DNA of 62,568 bases, filler included. It is 5 parts of 5 records of this genome, joined end to end, with 100 filler letters (N's around TTAATTAATTAA, not from the genome) between each part and the next. Parts side by side here need not be neighbours in the genome. Positions count along the whole stretch, not along the records: positions 1 to 12,108 come from DRR378314_1489; positions 12,209 to 33,547 come from DRR378314_1491; 3 more parts are not named here. One strand, 5' to 3'. The notes under the pieces were generated by a model. The model did no database searches. It was not told the origin of the DNA and was given only the letters and a program-made list of their open reading frames with translations. Position numbers and translations under genes: made by a program. Of the stretch, positions 1-12,282 are shown piece by piece (the stretch's first letter is position 1; every line of letters begins with the position of its first letter).

Positions 1-316
1 TGCTGCCGCACCCACTCGGGCGCGCATTCATGCACGCGCGTTGGCGAGCGCAGTATGGCCGTTATCGGGTCCGCCCCCTGCGGAGATATTGCCCGTCGTG
101 CCTGTATGACGTTACTTGAAGAGAAGAAATGCATTTTTTTGTTTGTTTGTTTTTTTCGTTTTGGACACTGGCCCTGGGAAGGACCGTATGGCTGACCATG
201 GTGCGCGTGCTTGTATGTTGCGAGCGGTGCCGTGTCGCACCTTTTCCGCGTACGCCGCTGCTCGTCAGCAAGGCTTACAGGCGCGTTCTGCGGGGTGCTT
301 TTTTGGACGGATGTAG

Positions 317-3300
317 GTCCGCGAGATGGATGAAAAACAGCAAATGGATCCGGACGTCATTCGCGGATGTTTTGAACAGGGCTTTATGGGCATAGAAACT
401 CCCGAGGCTCTAGGCGGGGCGGGGCTGTCTTTTACGGCGTCGTGCGTTGTGATTGAAGAGCTCGCCAAAGTCGATCCTGCGGTTTCCGTCATGGTACGCT
501 CCGGATACGTACGACGCCTGCATTTAATTAATTTATGTTTGAAGGAACTGCGTTTTTTGTTGTTGTTGATGATCGCATTTTACAGTCGCCTGTTCGTCCA
601 AGCTGGGCTTCTGTGTGCTTCGCGGATATGTAGCACGTGGCGCCAGTGGCCTTGGCAGACCCGCAGCGCACGCGCACTCGCATTGTGCATCCGCTCGCTC
701 TCACGGCCCTTGGAACATAACCGACTCCTATCGCGCTTCGTTCTGTTGCATGGTTGCGTGCTCGCACTTGCGTGCCGTACGTCCATTTTTACGCGCTATA
801 TTTCGTGTCTGATGGCGCTGCCGAATGTCGTGTATGGGGCGTGCGGAACCGCATTGTGCAGGTGGATGTCCAGAACACGCTGCTGAATACGGCGATCAAG
901 AAATGGGGATCCACCTTGTTGCAGGAGAAGTACCTCCCGCGCCTGGCGACGGACACGGTGGGAAGGTGCGACGGCGCGCCAAGTACCAGCCCCCCCCTGC
1001 ACTGGAGAGCATACTCCACTCTGTGTACATGTTGCACGCAGCGTCTACGCACATGGTCATTGGTTTGCATAACATTCTGTTCTCATTGCGCATATTCCCT
1101 TGGAGAAATGATCGGCTTGGCGGAATCCGCCGATGCGCCAGTTGGCTGCGAGACTCGGTGACCAAGCGGGAGACTGATTATGGGCCTCGTATTGTTTTTT
1201 ATTTATACTTTTTATGCTGAACGGGTGTATGCCCTCTCTCATACTTGTACGTATTGGCCTTTTGTGCAGTTTTTGCCTCAGTGAGGCAGGAAGTGGCTCG
1301 GACGCCTTTGCGATGAAGACACGGGCGGACGATGTCGGTGACCATTATGTGATAAATGGAACAAAGGTAGGAATGAGGAGGCAGGGAGCTGCGAGTGCAG
1401 CTGTGAATTGCGCCACGTTGTGCCCCAGGTTATTTTTTCTTTATGCGCAAGGGGTGGTGGTTGTACGTTCAGGGTGGCGGTTTGCGTGTTTGTGTGTTCG
1501 TACTGGCACTTGCGGAGTTCAGTGCGCTTGCCAATGATGCTTGTCTCCCTCCTGTGCTCTACCGCATGTGCTGGTTTGTGTGCTCGTAATCTTGCTTGCT
1601 TGCTTGCCTGTGTGCCTATCTGTTTGTCTACTTGTGTGTTTGCTTGCTCTTTGCCCTGTGTTTCACCCGCCTGTCGCCTCTGGTGTGTACCGCACTTCGC
1701 ATGTTGCACTCTAGCTGTGGATTACGAATGCAAAAGAGGCGAATGCGTTTCTTGTCATGGCGAATGTGGATCCATCCGTGGGGTACAAGGGCATCACCGC
1801 TTTTCTCGTAGATGGAGACAATCCGGGTATTCGTGTGGGCAAGGTATGTTGCACATCGCCAATCGTTCTGCTGCCGCGGCTCTTTTTTTATTTCCCTGCT
1901 GTGTCGATACGTGCCTCGACTGAACGTGCGTAGATATTACACGACTGATCTATTTCGCAAGCCTTTCGCACAAGTTGTACGGCATTATTCAGAGCTGTTT
2001 TCGTTTTCTGGGAGTGGCGTGGTATGGACGCTGTAGGAAAATGCCGTTGTGCTTTCGTCCACACCTTTATGCTGCTGCGGCTTTGTGCGCTGGAGCGAGT
2101 GCGTGCTTGACACTGCTTGTTGCTGCATCCGTGTGGTTTCTGCAGAAAGAAGATAAGCTCGGCATCCGTGCATCTTCAACCTGCGAAGTGATTTTCGACT
2201 CATGCAAGGTACCCAAAGATCATGTAGTTGGCGAGATTGGAAAGGGGTACAAGTATGCCATTGAAGCGCTCAACGAAGGACGCATCGGTATCGGTATGTG
2301 CCTGCGGCGTAGGTGGCCTTGCGAGGCAGACGATTTTAAGTTTTTGCGTCTCAGGAATAAAGTCGTAGCCTAACAAATCTGGTCGTGAAAGGTCCCTGTT
2401 TACGCTCCATCGTGATGATTGGTTTCGTCGTGGGAATTTGTGTTTCGGTGGTGCCGCATTTGTGGCGAGCGGGGTTTCCGAAGCGACTTGGGTGACGTTG
2501 GTGCAACTTCGCATCGCCGTTGTTGGTTTCAAAAAAAAAAAGTGTACACATAATGTCCGTATTCTTGCACCCATGCGGTATCGGTATAACGCTATACAAG
2601 CTGCTATTGTGTTGTATTTGTTTCACTGCTTTCTTCGCATTGCTCTGTGTACTGGGGGAGGACATGACTGATCGGACGCATGAATTGGTTCCATCGTCGT
2701 GCAATCGATTTGTTCAATTTATTTTTGTTTGCTTTCCGCCCTGCCCATGTCGTATCTCCGCGTTTATGCCCGTAGTAATGAACGCATGCGAAGCGGTGCG
2801 ATCACACGTTATGTGAGCAGGAATCCGTGTTGCGTTTATCAGTGGCCGGCTGTGCTTGCTCATGGTGTCTCTCAGCACGTAACCGTTCAAGGACGCTGCG
2901 CGCTGTGCTTGCGTGTTCCTTCGCGCAGGCGCGCAGATGCTCGGGCTTGCGCAGGGTGTTTTTGACCGCACAATGCCGTACGTGATCGAACGCAAACAGT
3001 TTGGGCAGGTATGTCGTGCATAGCTCTTCAAGTGCGTATCTTGGAAGGCGCCGACGTTGTGCAAGGTTGGCAGGTGCCGGCGCGAATGAGGGAGGAAAGG
3101 TAGCAGGGTGCGGAGCTGCTTGCGCGAAGGAACGCGCTAGCGTTGGGGAGCGCGGGCAGTATTCTGACCTCGACCTCTTGTGTCATGGTTTGCACGGCGC
3201 AGTCTATTTCTGATTTCCAGGGTGTCCAGTTCAACTATGCGTCGCTTGCGATGGAACTCGAAGCCGCTCGACTGCTGGTGTACAATGCAGCTGCTCTGAA

Positions 3301-4036
3301 GGAGAGCGGAAAGGTGCGCGCCGCGTTCGGCTACTGCGTGGCACTCGGGCGCTCGCTTTTGTGGTTCCCTGAGGATAGGCCCAGTGTGCCTGCACGCGCA
3401 CCGATGTTGCTCGAGTTCCGTCCGCATCCATCTTGATTGCAGCTGATCGTTGTTGTTTTTTGCGTGTGTCCAGAGATGGCTAAGACGGCATACCGCAGCG
3501 CTTCGTTGCCTTTTGCGTCGTACCCATGGCCTGAGTTGTGTTTTGTCAGTTCTGCGGTGTGCATTTGCGGAATCCCTCCCCTCACCGGGGTGCTGCGGTG
3601 GTGCCAGCCGCACTGTTCGCCCTGACCCGGTGTGGCCCTCACGACCGCGCATTTCGTTTGCTCTGCAGCCCTTTGTCAAAGAGGCTGCGTTTGCAAAGCT
3701 GTACGCGTCCAATGTAGCGGAAAAGTGTTCCTCCATGTGCATCGAATTGGCTGGGGGCGTTGGGTTCACGAAGGAATTCCCGATCGAGAAGGTATGCAAA
3801 ACGCACGGCGCGGCTTGCCTGCCATTGCCGCGCGCAACCGGCGGAGTGCAGTGCGCGCGCTACGTTTCGATAGGCCGCCGCAATGCGCTCACAATGTGCT
3901 TGCGTCTGTGCGCTGACCGGAATTCTGTGCAACGGCGCAGTACTACCGCGACTGTAAGGTCGGCAAGATCTACGAAGGAACGTCGAACATTCAACTGCAG
4001 ACCATCGGGAAGCTCGTGCAAAAAGAGTACTCGTGA
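317..4036 (+). CDS. ACADSB: Short/branched-chain acyl-CoA dehydrogenase (5' end lies upstream of the window). Exons 317-493, 862-965, 1270-1366, 1715-1843, 2146-2293, 2929-3008, 3203-3313, 3669-3791, 3941-4036
   Basis: GT-AG splicing gives a continuous ORF with ACAD motifs: [109 protein letters not shown]. Stop TGA at 4034-4036. Confidence 0.93.
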
Positions 4037-4564
4037 GTACCGGCAAAGACCTAGCGGCGGTATCGCACGCAGCGACAAGGTGCTTGCCTTGTAGGGCGGC
4101 TGCGGCGGTTTCGGTGGCTTCGGCTTCCGCTTTTTTTTCTTTTCCAATCGTCCCGTCGCTGCCTCCATGGTGTATTGCCATACGAGGCACATGGTGTGCG
4201 TACAACAGTTGCGCAAGACACCGGCCCGGACGGTTTTGGCACAAAGCCGGTCGTCATCTCACGCGATAGATCAAACAACACGCACAACGCGCCGCACCGG
4301 GGCCGGTTTCGCCGGAGGAGGAGAGGACGTCCTGCTGCAGTGCAGCGCACGTGCGCATGGGCATTCGGAATACAAACATGAGATGGTCCGCAGAACCGTC
4401 GGCGCGCTGGAGTATGCGCGGCACGAGCCGCGCACACGCATAGACCCAATGGGATTCCCCTCGCAAGAGACGCACAGCTGCGCGCGCGTTTTGTGCACGC
4501 GCGTCGGTCTCTTTGGCGCGTCCTGTGCCTCGGTGGGCGCGCCAGTGAACGTACCCAGGATTAC

Positions 4565-6636
4565 CTCCGTTGCGATTGCGTGAAATCTTTTCCGCGCGAG
4601 CGGTTGCGCGGCGCTTCTGGACTGCGTTCTGCAGAACACCAAGGAGGATTTGCGTAGCGCACCGCGAAGCGACATACGATTAACAATACTTACGTGTCGC
4701 AGCTTTCTACCCGGCCAGCGCGGGGTAGACCGTTGCAGCTCAGCTAGGACCCCGGCAAAATGCGACGCGCAAGCTGCAGAACGGCAACAAAGACGCGTCA
4801 GTCTGTGCACAGCAACCACTGCGCCCTGCCGCGTATGTACTGTCGGAACGCATTACACGGCCTGTCCCTATGGGAGAAAAAAAAAAGGCTAGCGCTACGT
4901 TACGCTCGAGATGGTACTCCAAACAAACCTTGCGATTGTCTCGCCCCGCGCCCTGTTTCGTCGGGTTGGCGCTGCGGGCACCCTGAAGCTTGGCGCCCGC
5001 GGCGTTGCCTCCCCTTTTGCGAGTGGGCGCCGCTGCGCTTCCTCCCCGTCCGCGCGCACGGTCGCGCGAGCCCGCTCGCGTCAGCGGCGGGGAAGGAATC
5101 AGCTGCGCACCGGTCGGCATTCGAAGCGGCGTGCGTGGCTTCGACGTTGCACGGCTTGGCACTGCTCCGACGGTGAACGAAATCAGCAGTTTCTCCTTGA
5201 GCACCGGCGGACCCGACGGTACTTGCGCCGGCTTCTTCTGCGCTGCGGCATTTTTCCCCGGAGAGAAGGACTGCACGCGCAGCGACAGCAGTAGCGTCGG
5301 TGGCGTACAGTGAGGAAAGAAGGACTTTGGGTTCCTCGGAGGATCGGTTTTGCCTTCTTGGTGGCTACGATGCATAGTATTCTCTATGGTAGCGGCGAAG
5401 GCAATCGATCAAGATGCCGCGCGTTTGCAGCAGAGCCGAGGCGCGAGCGCCACACAACGACGGCTGTCCGAGGGAGGCAAGGCGGCGATCCGGGTGCTTG
5501 CGATACTCGTGCCCCTCACGTACATTCGGTGCTTTACTTGCGCGCGCTGCCGTCAGACGGGATTGTCGCGCTTTTGCCCTGCGCAATGCCGTGGAATCCT
5601 TGCGCTTTGCCGCGCTATCTGCGCCGCGCGTGCCGTTGGTCTGCATCACGGCAGCGTGCGCCGGCGCGCAGAGCGAGGTGCGCGTTGGTGGAGCGGGCGA
5701 GCGGCAGCAGCGCGCGAGGAATGCCAGCTTTGGTTCGCAACGCTCCCGGCGTGCGACCTTGCACGACCCTTCCGCGCGTCAACTGCAATGCGCAAGACGT
5801 GGTCACTGCAATAGAATTCCCGCATTGTGCACACGGACGCGGAACTTGGGGGAAGGGAGAAATCACGCACCACGGCCTTTGCCGACTTCTTCTTCCGTTT
5901 CCCCACACCGCCCGCGACACCGCCCGCCTGCTGCGCCTGCGCCTTGGCTTTCCCCGCGCGGTTCTTCTTGCGACCCGGAGTGCCGCCGTTCACCGCCGCC
6001 GCAGGCGACTGCTGAGACTGAGCTTGTTTTGCTTTCTTCGGCTTGGGAGACTTTTTCTTCGCTGGGGTCGAGGGCTTTGCGCTACGGCGCTGCTGCTTCA
6101 CAATGTCGTCTGCGCCAAGGTGCGCGCGGCGCAGGCGGGGCGAGCACACGCAGAACAACGCGCCGAACGCGAGCCCCAAACCAAGACAGAACGGCCGCGC
6201 ATACAATCAGCTCCGCGCGGAAGAGCGGCAAGCGCAGGCCGGATGCGCAGAAGAAAGCGATCCCGCGGTGCATAGCTTGACGGCGATCGCAACTCTGTCC
6301 TGTCCAACTACCAAGGAGCGCTTACTTGCGCAGATAGCTGGGTTGTACAGAAGCGAAACCAGTTTGTCCACGTTGTGTATGACAAGTGCACGCGCTCTGG
6401 GTCGAAGAAGAAGGCGGTGGAAGGCAGCGAAACAGCACGGGCTGGATCGCAAGTTTTGTTCGCCAGGCGCGCCACGCTGGGGACTATGGCGTGAGCGCGC
6501 GCGACCGCCTTGAGCTGGCTCGCCCACCGCGTCTCATTGTCCTGTGCCTGCCGCTACGCTGAGGAGCATCGGCGACCACGCGCCCCCCGCTGGACAACGT
6601 ACCCAGGGACATGTCCATTTTTACTGCTCCCGACAT
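4565..6636 (-). CDS. Small Lys/Arg-rich protein with an N-terminal UAP56-binding-type motif (ALYREF/FYTTD1-like). Exons 6636-6603, 6109-5871, 5270-5111, then probably ~4773-4693 and ~4628-4565; last exon unresolved
   Basis: Splicing gives MSGAVKMDMSLDDIVKQQRRSAK..., matching the ALYREF N-terminal xxSLDDII motif, followed by a low-complexity basic region. Exon phases are consistent. No RRM seen. Confidence 0.6.
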
Positions 6637-8182
6637 GCTTGACGCGGACGGCGCAAGCGTGCGAAAGTCGGGGTAGGAAGCGGATCGAGCTTCACCAACG
6701 CGCAGTACGGGCTGCACGAACGAGCAGAGGCGACGAGACTGGCAAGCGACAACGAACTCGCCTGCGGCACTGCGCGCGAACGTTTGCTAGATCTGCGGGT
6801 GCGCCTTGCAAGCAGGAGAGCAAGGAATGCGACTAAACAGAATTCTTAACAAGAAAAAATGGTCTGTCACGCTGTACACTTGCCCAATATACGCGCCGAT
6901 GCGAGCGCGCACAGTGGATAGGCCGACGCAGAGGAGGGCGAGAACTAGCGAGGGCCGCAGGGTGCTCGGGGGATCTACGGCTGCTGTGCGCCTGCGCCGC
7001 CGCGAAGCCCGTGCATCCACAAGCGCCTAGATGGAGAGGCTATGCGAGCAAATTTTGTCCGATATAGCGAAGCAGTAGGTTGGTACATTTTGTATGACAC
7101 ATTGCCAAAACGACCGAATTTTTAAACACAACGTTACAGAGAACAATAAATTTTGACTTGCATATATTGTATTGTGAAAATGGGCAGAACATGAATTTTG
7201 TCTTGCATATGACTGGGGTAGTCTCGATCATGAGGTCTCTGTCTGCGTTAGGTCCTGTTTGGCGCTTCTGTAGCAAAGATTGCTGCGAGCCTGTGAGGCG
7301 GATCGTGCGCTGCCCGGCACAGGCGCTAGTCGAACTGTGGCTACTTCTGTACGGGAAGCTCTCTCTGTGGTGCGAGCAAGGCCGTGCTTGCGTTGTCGTC
7401 TCGGTGGCGCGCGCGAAAAGTCTTGTTGGCCGCACGCTTACCAGGAGCGACGTGGTGTCGCCTATCTCGTAACAAGAGATTATAAAATATGGTGGAAGGA
7501 AAAGGAGGAACGCCGGATTGGCCGTCGCGTACGTTGGCTTTGTTCGCTGGCAAGAAGTTGTTCTCGCGACTGCGCGTCTGGGGTGGACGCAAGCTTCTGG
7601 CAGGCTGCTCTGTTGGGTGCGCGTCCGACTGCACACCGTGTACAGAATTCGTGCGTGTCTTCTCTGGAAAGAACTTCCCGGTATAGTATGGATCTTCGTA
7701 GCGGAATAACGATACGTTGGATAAGCCCATTGGGGATGCCGCTGTTCGCGAAAGCGATGGAAGTGGGCCCGCACCTTGGCGTGTGCGCCACGTTTGCTTT
7801 GTTTTCGCACGGGCTGCCGTCGCAGCTGATGGCGTGTGAACCACCTGCTGTGCCGCCCGCGCACACGCCAGGCGACGGCAGCGTTAGATGCCGTGCCGTT
7901 GCGGATAAATACCATAGTAAGTATGTAGTATATATTCATCTATTTTGTTTCGCGCGCGAGGGTGTAGGGTATGGCGGGTGAGGGAGTGCTTGCCTGCCGC
8001 TGTGCAAGACGCGCGTGCCGCCCTGCACCGCTGTCGACTGGCCTCGGAACGCACTCGCTTCCTCGCGGAGCGTTGCAGAGTTTGTCCAGCCTCCTGCTGC
8101 ACGGTGCTCTCTACTGCGTCGGGGTTTCGTAGGCTATCTAACGTAAATTTTCACTGTGCTCTATGATGAATCCGAAATCATC

Positions 8183-11100
8183 ATGAAAAATTTCGATGGA
8201 GCAGAGTCGGAGGATTACGAGCTACTCGAACGTGTTGGACGCTCTCGCGTCGGTGTCGTGTACCGTGCTGTCTGTCCTACTCGCGCGAACGAGGAATGTG
8301 CCGTGAAAATCATCGATCTCGAACGGCACGGTGTCGAGCTGGACGCTTTCTGGAAGGAAATGAGGGTAAGGATTGGTTCGCGCGTGGTTTTTATGCGCCG
8401 AAGCATGCATTCGCAAGCCTTGCCCACTGATGCATATACTCGCGTTGGACGCAGCGTGCCCGCAGCACGCAATGCGTCCAAAGCGAAAAGCGGGGAGTCG
8501 GCGAAACCAGTGTGTGTTCGTAGCTTGCGCTTCATGAAGTTTCTCTCGCGTGTCCTGCGTTTGATAGCACTGTTGCCATGCGTATTGCACGCTCGTGGGC
8601 TAGAACTTTTCTTTGTTGCATCGAGGGGAAAGGAGCCGGTTGTCTGCGCCGGCGCATGCCTGCACTGCGCGGCCGTTTGCAGCCCACATGCAGCGGAGGC
8701 GACCTCGGCAGATTGCCGTTGTGATGCGAGCTGGCGTATTTTTGGATGAGCTTTACATCATTTGGAGATCAAAATGGACGCGGTTATTGCACCGGCTTGT
8801 TCGGTTGCTTGTGTTTGGTATTATTGCGCCGGCAAACGCGCGGGGCGGTGCTTGCCTGAGCTCGACGCGGTAGCTTTCTGCGGGCTGCGAAAGCTTCGTG
8901 GCTGCGCTCCTCCTCGGCGCGTATGCCGCGCGACGTCACTTTTTGACAGGTGTGCTGCATGTCATTTGCCTTTGCACGCACGGGCTTTTCATATTCTGGC
9001 GCAGATTTTTCGCGAATGACGCGCCGCTGTGCTTTGTGCGCCTTCCGTACCCCGCGTGTTCCTGACTGCAGGCGTTGGGTGAGCTGTCCCACCCCACAGT
9101 ACTCAAGTACCACCGCGCGTTTCTGGTACAGTCAAGCCTCTATCTTATCATGCCGTACGCGGCTGGAGGGTCGTGTCTGAATATAATGCGCGACGTCCGG
9201 CAAGACGGATTTGATGAGACGTTTATCGCAACTGTGCTTTTGGAGACGGTGCGGGCGGTCAAGTACATTCACGAAAACAACTACATTCACCGCAACATCA
9301 AGGCGGCGAATATTCTGATTGACGGCGATGGACATGTGAAACTGGCTGATTTTGGCGGCTCCGCGTCGTTGCTCGAGGGAGGCGATCGCGTGAGTGCGCG
9401 GAACACGTTTATTGGCGACCTTCACTGGATGGCGCCCGAGGTGATGGAGCAAGTACAAGGCTATGACTATAAGGCTGATATTTGGAGTATCGGAATAACC
9501 GCGATCGAGCTTGCGTGCGCGCACGAGGGGTTCTTTGCCGAGGCTCCGCTGAAAGTGATGCATCGCTTGTTGCAAGGCAAAGCGCCGCATCTTGTGGAAA
9601 CATCGGAGCGCAAGTTTTCGAAATCATTTCACGACTTTGTTGCGTGCTGTTTGCAGCGCGATCCAGAGAAGCGTCCGACCGCGGGGAAGCTGCTGGAGCA
9701 CAAGTTTCTTCGCAGCGCGAAGAAACCCGAGTATATCCGAAAGAATTTTGTCGAGAAGCTCCCGTCGCTTGGCAAGCGCTTCCGCAGTCAGCTTGCCGAA
9801 GATGGGCATGACGACGAGATGGAAGGCCCGCTGCCCCCGCTGCCGCAGACTACGAGCGTGACAAATCCAAGTGTGGGCCACAAACGTACGCCGAGTGATG
9901 ATTTCTGGGTTGTTCCAGACAGTGTCTCGAGTGCGAGTGGCGCAGAAATGTCGCAGGCTCGCGTTGAACGCGCAAACGTGGCGCTTCCAGGCAGTGGACC
10001 TCGCGCTGTGCCGCTCATACCTGCGGAGATGCCCAGAGAGTCTGTGCAATCGGGATCGCCCAACTTGATTGTGCTTGACGATGTCGATGGTGTTTCCAGC
10101 ATTGGCGCGAACGGCACGGATAGCATCTCGTCCGGAAGGCCAGTTTCGTCTGGCCCGCCTTCTGCAGCTTCCGATGCAGGGCCGCGCGCGCGCGGCATGC
10201 TGCGCGGCGAGGATGCGTCGGGCGCTTCCATGGCGGGCAATGCGCGTGCTGATCTTGAGGCGCCGGATGCGTCGACTGTTCCGAGACTTGAGGAACCGCT
10301 TGGCGCCGCATCGCCCCACGCTGCGGTGCAGAATGCATCAAGTACGCGGCCGACGCCTGGATCCTCGCCGCCCCCGCGATCCAGAGATGTTTCACCGGGA
10401 ACGGAGCCGAATGCACCGCTTGGCGCCGGCACTGCGGTCGGAACTGCGATGCAAGCATCCGTAAGCAACCCGTCTTCCCCGCGCGGCGACCCACCCGCGC
10501 CGCACCCTGAGAAAAGTGTTCCCAAAATCGTAGCATTTGCAACCGTTGGCACGGCGGCAGGGGCGCTTGCCGGGGATTCCGCTGACCTTGCCGCACCGCA
10601 GGACGTCTTGCGTGATGAGCGCGCGGGTGTTGCAGTCCATCACCCTTCTCGCGAGCGCCGCGCACCCTCCTCTACCGCAACTGCTGTGACGGCTCGCGAA
10701 AGCGGCCTTGACGCGACACGAAGCACTGCTGACATCTCTCAGAGCGGCGCAGATACGTCCGTACCGCAGCCTGCGGCATCTCGACCATCGCCAGGAGCGC
10801 TTGCTCGGCCGACGACTGAAGCTGTCTCCGCTGACGCTCCACCGTCGAGGCGTTCTGAGGAGAGCGCGGCGGATGCAAGTTCGAAAGCTACCGCCGTGGC
10901 GGAAAGGGCGCGCGAAGGAGCACCCATGTCACGTGTCCCATCAGCCTCGCAATTGGCCGGCAGTACGGTCAGTGCAGCTGCTCGCAGCGCGGTGGATGGA
11001 AGCAGAGCTACCAGCACGGCGGCATCCCGATCGAATGGCGAGCAGACCAAGGCGGCTGCGCCCGCTCTCGCGCAGAGTAGCGTAGCGGAGACCGATGTGT

Positions 11101-12108
11101 CCGGCGCGCGCCCCGCTGCCGCGACGAGTGCGACGACCAGTGCCGCTACCGCCGCCCCCGTCATCGATCCCGGCTCTTCCCAGGTTTGTTTTCCATCGTT
11201 CCAGCTTCCCGTTTCGTCGTGGGCACTGGCGACTGCAGGTCGCCCATTCGGATTCGGCTTTCTGGGTGCGCGTTGCGTTATCACTCTGCTCCCGCGCATG
11301 GCCTGCCTTTGTATTCGTGTTTCCCTCGCCACCGCTGCTGTTTGCGACTCCGAAAGGTCCAACAGATCGTACGCTGCGTACGGCGCGCGTGTGTGTGTGT
11401 GCTTCTGTATTCCCTGTGCGTCTAATGCAGGCTGTGGATCGGGACAATGTGGCGGAAACGACGCGTGTGGGACGGTTTAATGTCAAGCGCGCTGGAGAAG
11501 CTGATAGCTCCTCGCAAACCAATGGACCGGCGCCCGCAGCGGAAGGGAACGGGCGCGCTGCGAGCAACGCGACTGGTAAGCCGGCGCGAGTAGAGGGGCC
11601 CGTTGTGGCGGCCGAAAGAGCGCCAGCGTTAGCGGCTGGGACGGCGGAATCTTTTGGCAATGCACCGGATGCCTTGGTGCCCAACGGAGGTGGCGCCAAG
11701 GCGGGGGGTGAACGTCCCCGTCCGCCAAAGCCAAGTGCAGAGGCGCAAGCTGCTGCAGGAGGCGAGCGCGCGCGGCCGAGCGGGGGCGCCGGTGAGACTG
11801 TACCCAAGGCCGCAGCGCTGAGCGTGAATGCGTCCGCGAGCGGCTCGGGCGCTCCTGCCAAAGTCGAGGCGCGCGCACCTTCTCCGCGTGGCGAGCGCTC
11901 GCGGGAAAAGACGACGGAAAAATCGGCTTCAGAGCGCAAGTCGGATGTGGAGCGCGGCGCTGACGGTGCGCCGAACGATCGCGCGCCGTACCCCAGCGAC
12001 TCTGAAGGCGAAGGTGCGACCGCGCCCTCCTCTGCGGAGCGCGAGGGCGAGGTGCGCGGCCGTTTCAAGGTCAAGTCGACCAAGCCTTCCTCCAAGGCCG
12101 AGCGCGGC
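8183..12108 (+). CDS. STE20/GCK-VI (OSR1/SPAK/Fray-like) kinase, probable pseudokinase, with a long disordered C-terminal tail. Exons 8183-8365, 9072-11183, 11431 to >12108 (runs into gap)
   Basis: DYELLERVG, CAVKIIDLE, MPYAAGGSC, HRNIKAANILI, ADFG, RNTFIGDLHWMAPEVMEQVQGYDYKADIWSIGITAIELA, FSKSFHDFVACCLQRDPEKRPTA. Confidence 0.9.
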
Positions 12109-12208
12109 NNNNNNNNNNNNNNNNNNNNNNNNNNNNNNNNNNNNNNNNNNNNTTAATTAATTAANNNNNNNNNNNNNNNNNNNNNNNNNNNNNNNNNNNN
12201 NNNNNNNN
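12109..12208. other. Assembly gap with artificial TTAATTAATTAA linker
   Basis: 100-nt N run with a central TTAATTAATTAA (stops in all six frames), identical at all four gaps. Confidence 0.97.
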
Positions 12209-12282
12209 AGGAAGCTGCGAGCGCAGAGGGAGGCGCCATTATGCACGTGGCAGCAGCGAGCTACCCATAACATGCTTCCCTT

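Noticed and set aside
7040-7981. 299-aa and 233-aa overlapping ORFs between the UBM gene and the kinase
   Set aside because: No recognisable motif, Arg/Cys-rich non-coding-like composition and no consistent exon chain found.
9624-12095. Long antisense ORFs over the kinase tail (e.g. 10941-12095, 9788-10552)
   Set aside because: Shadow ORFs expected from GC-rich, stop-poor coding sequence on the opposite strand.
12153-12164. TTAATTAATTAA palindrome repeated four times in the window
   Set aside because: Always centred in a 100-nt N block, so it is an artificial contig linker. Gene adjacency across these gaps is unverified.
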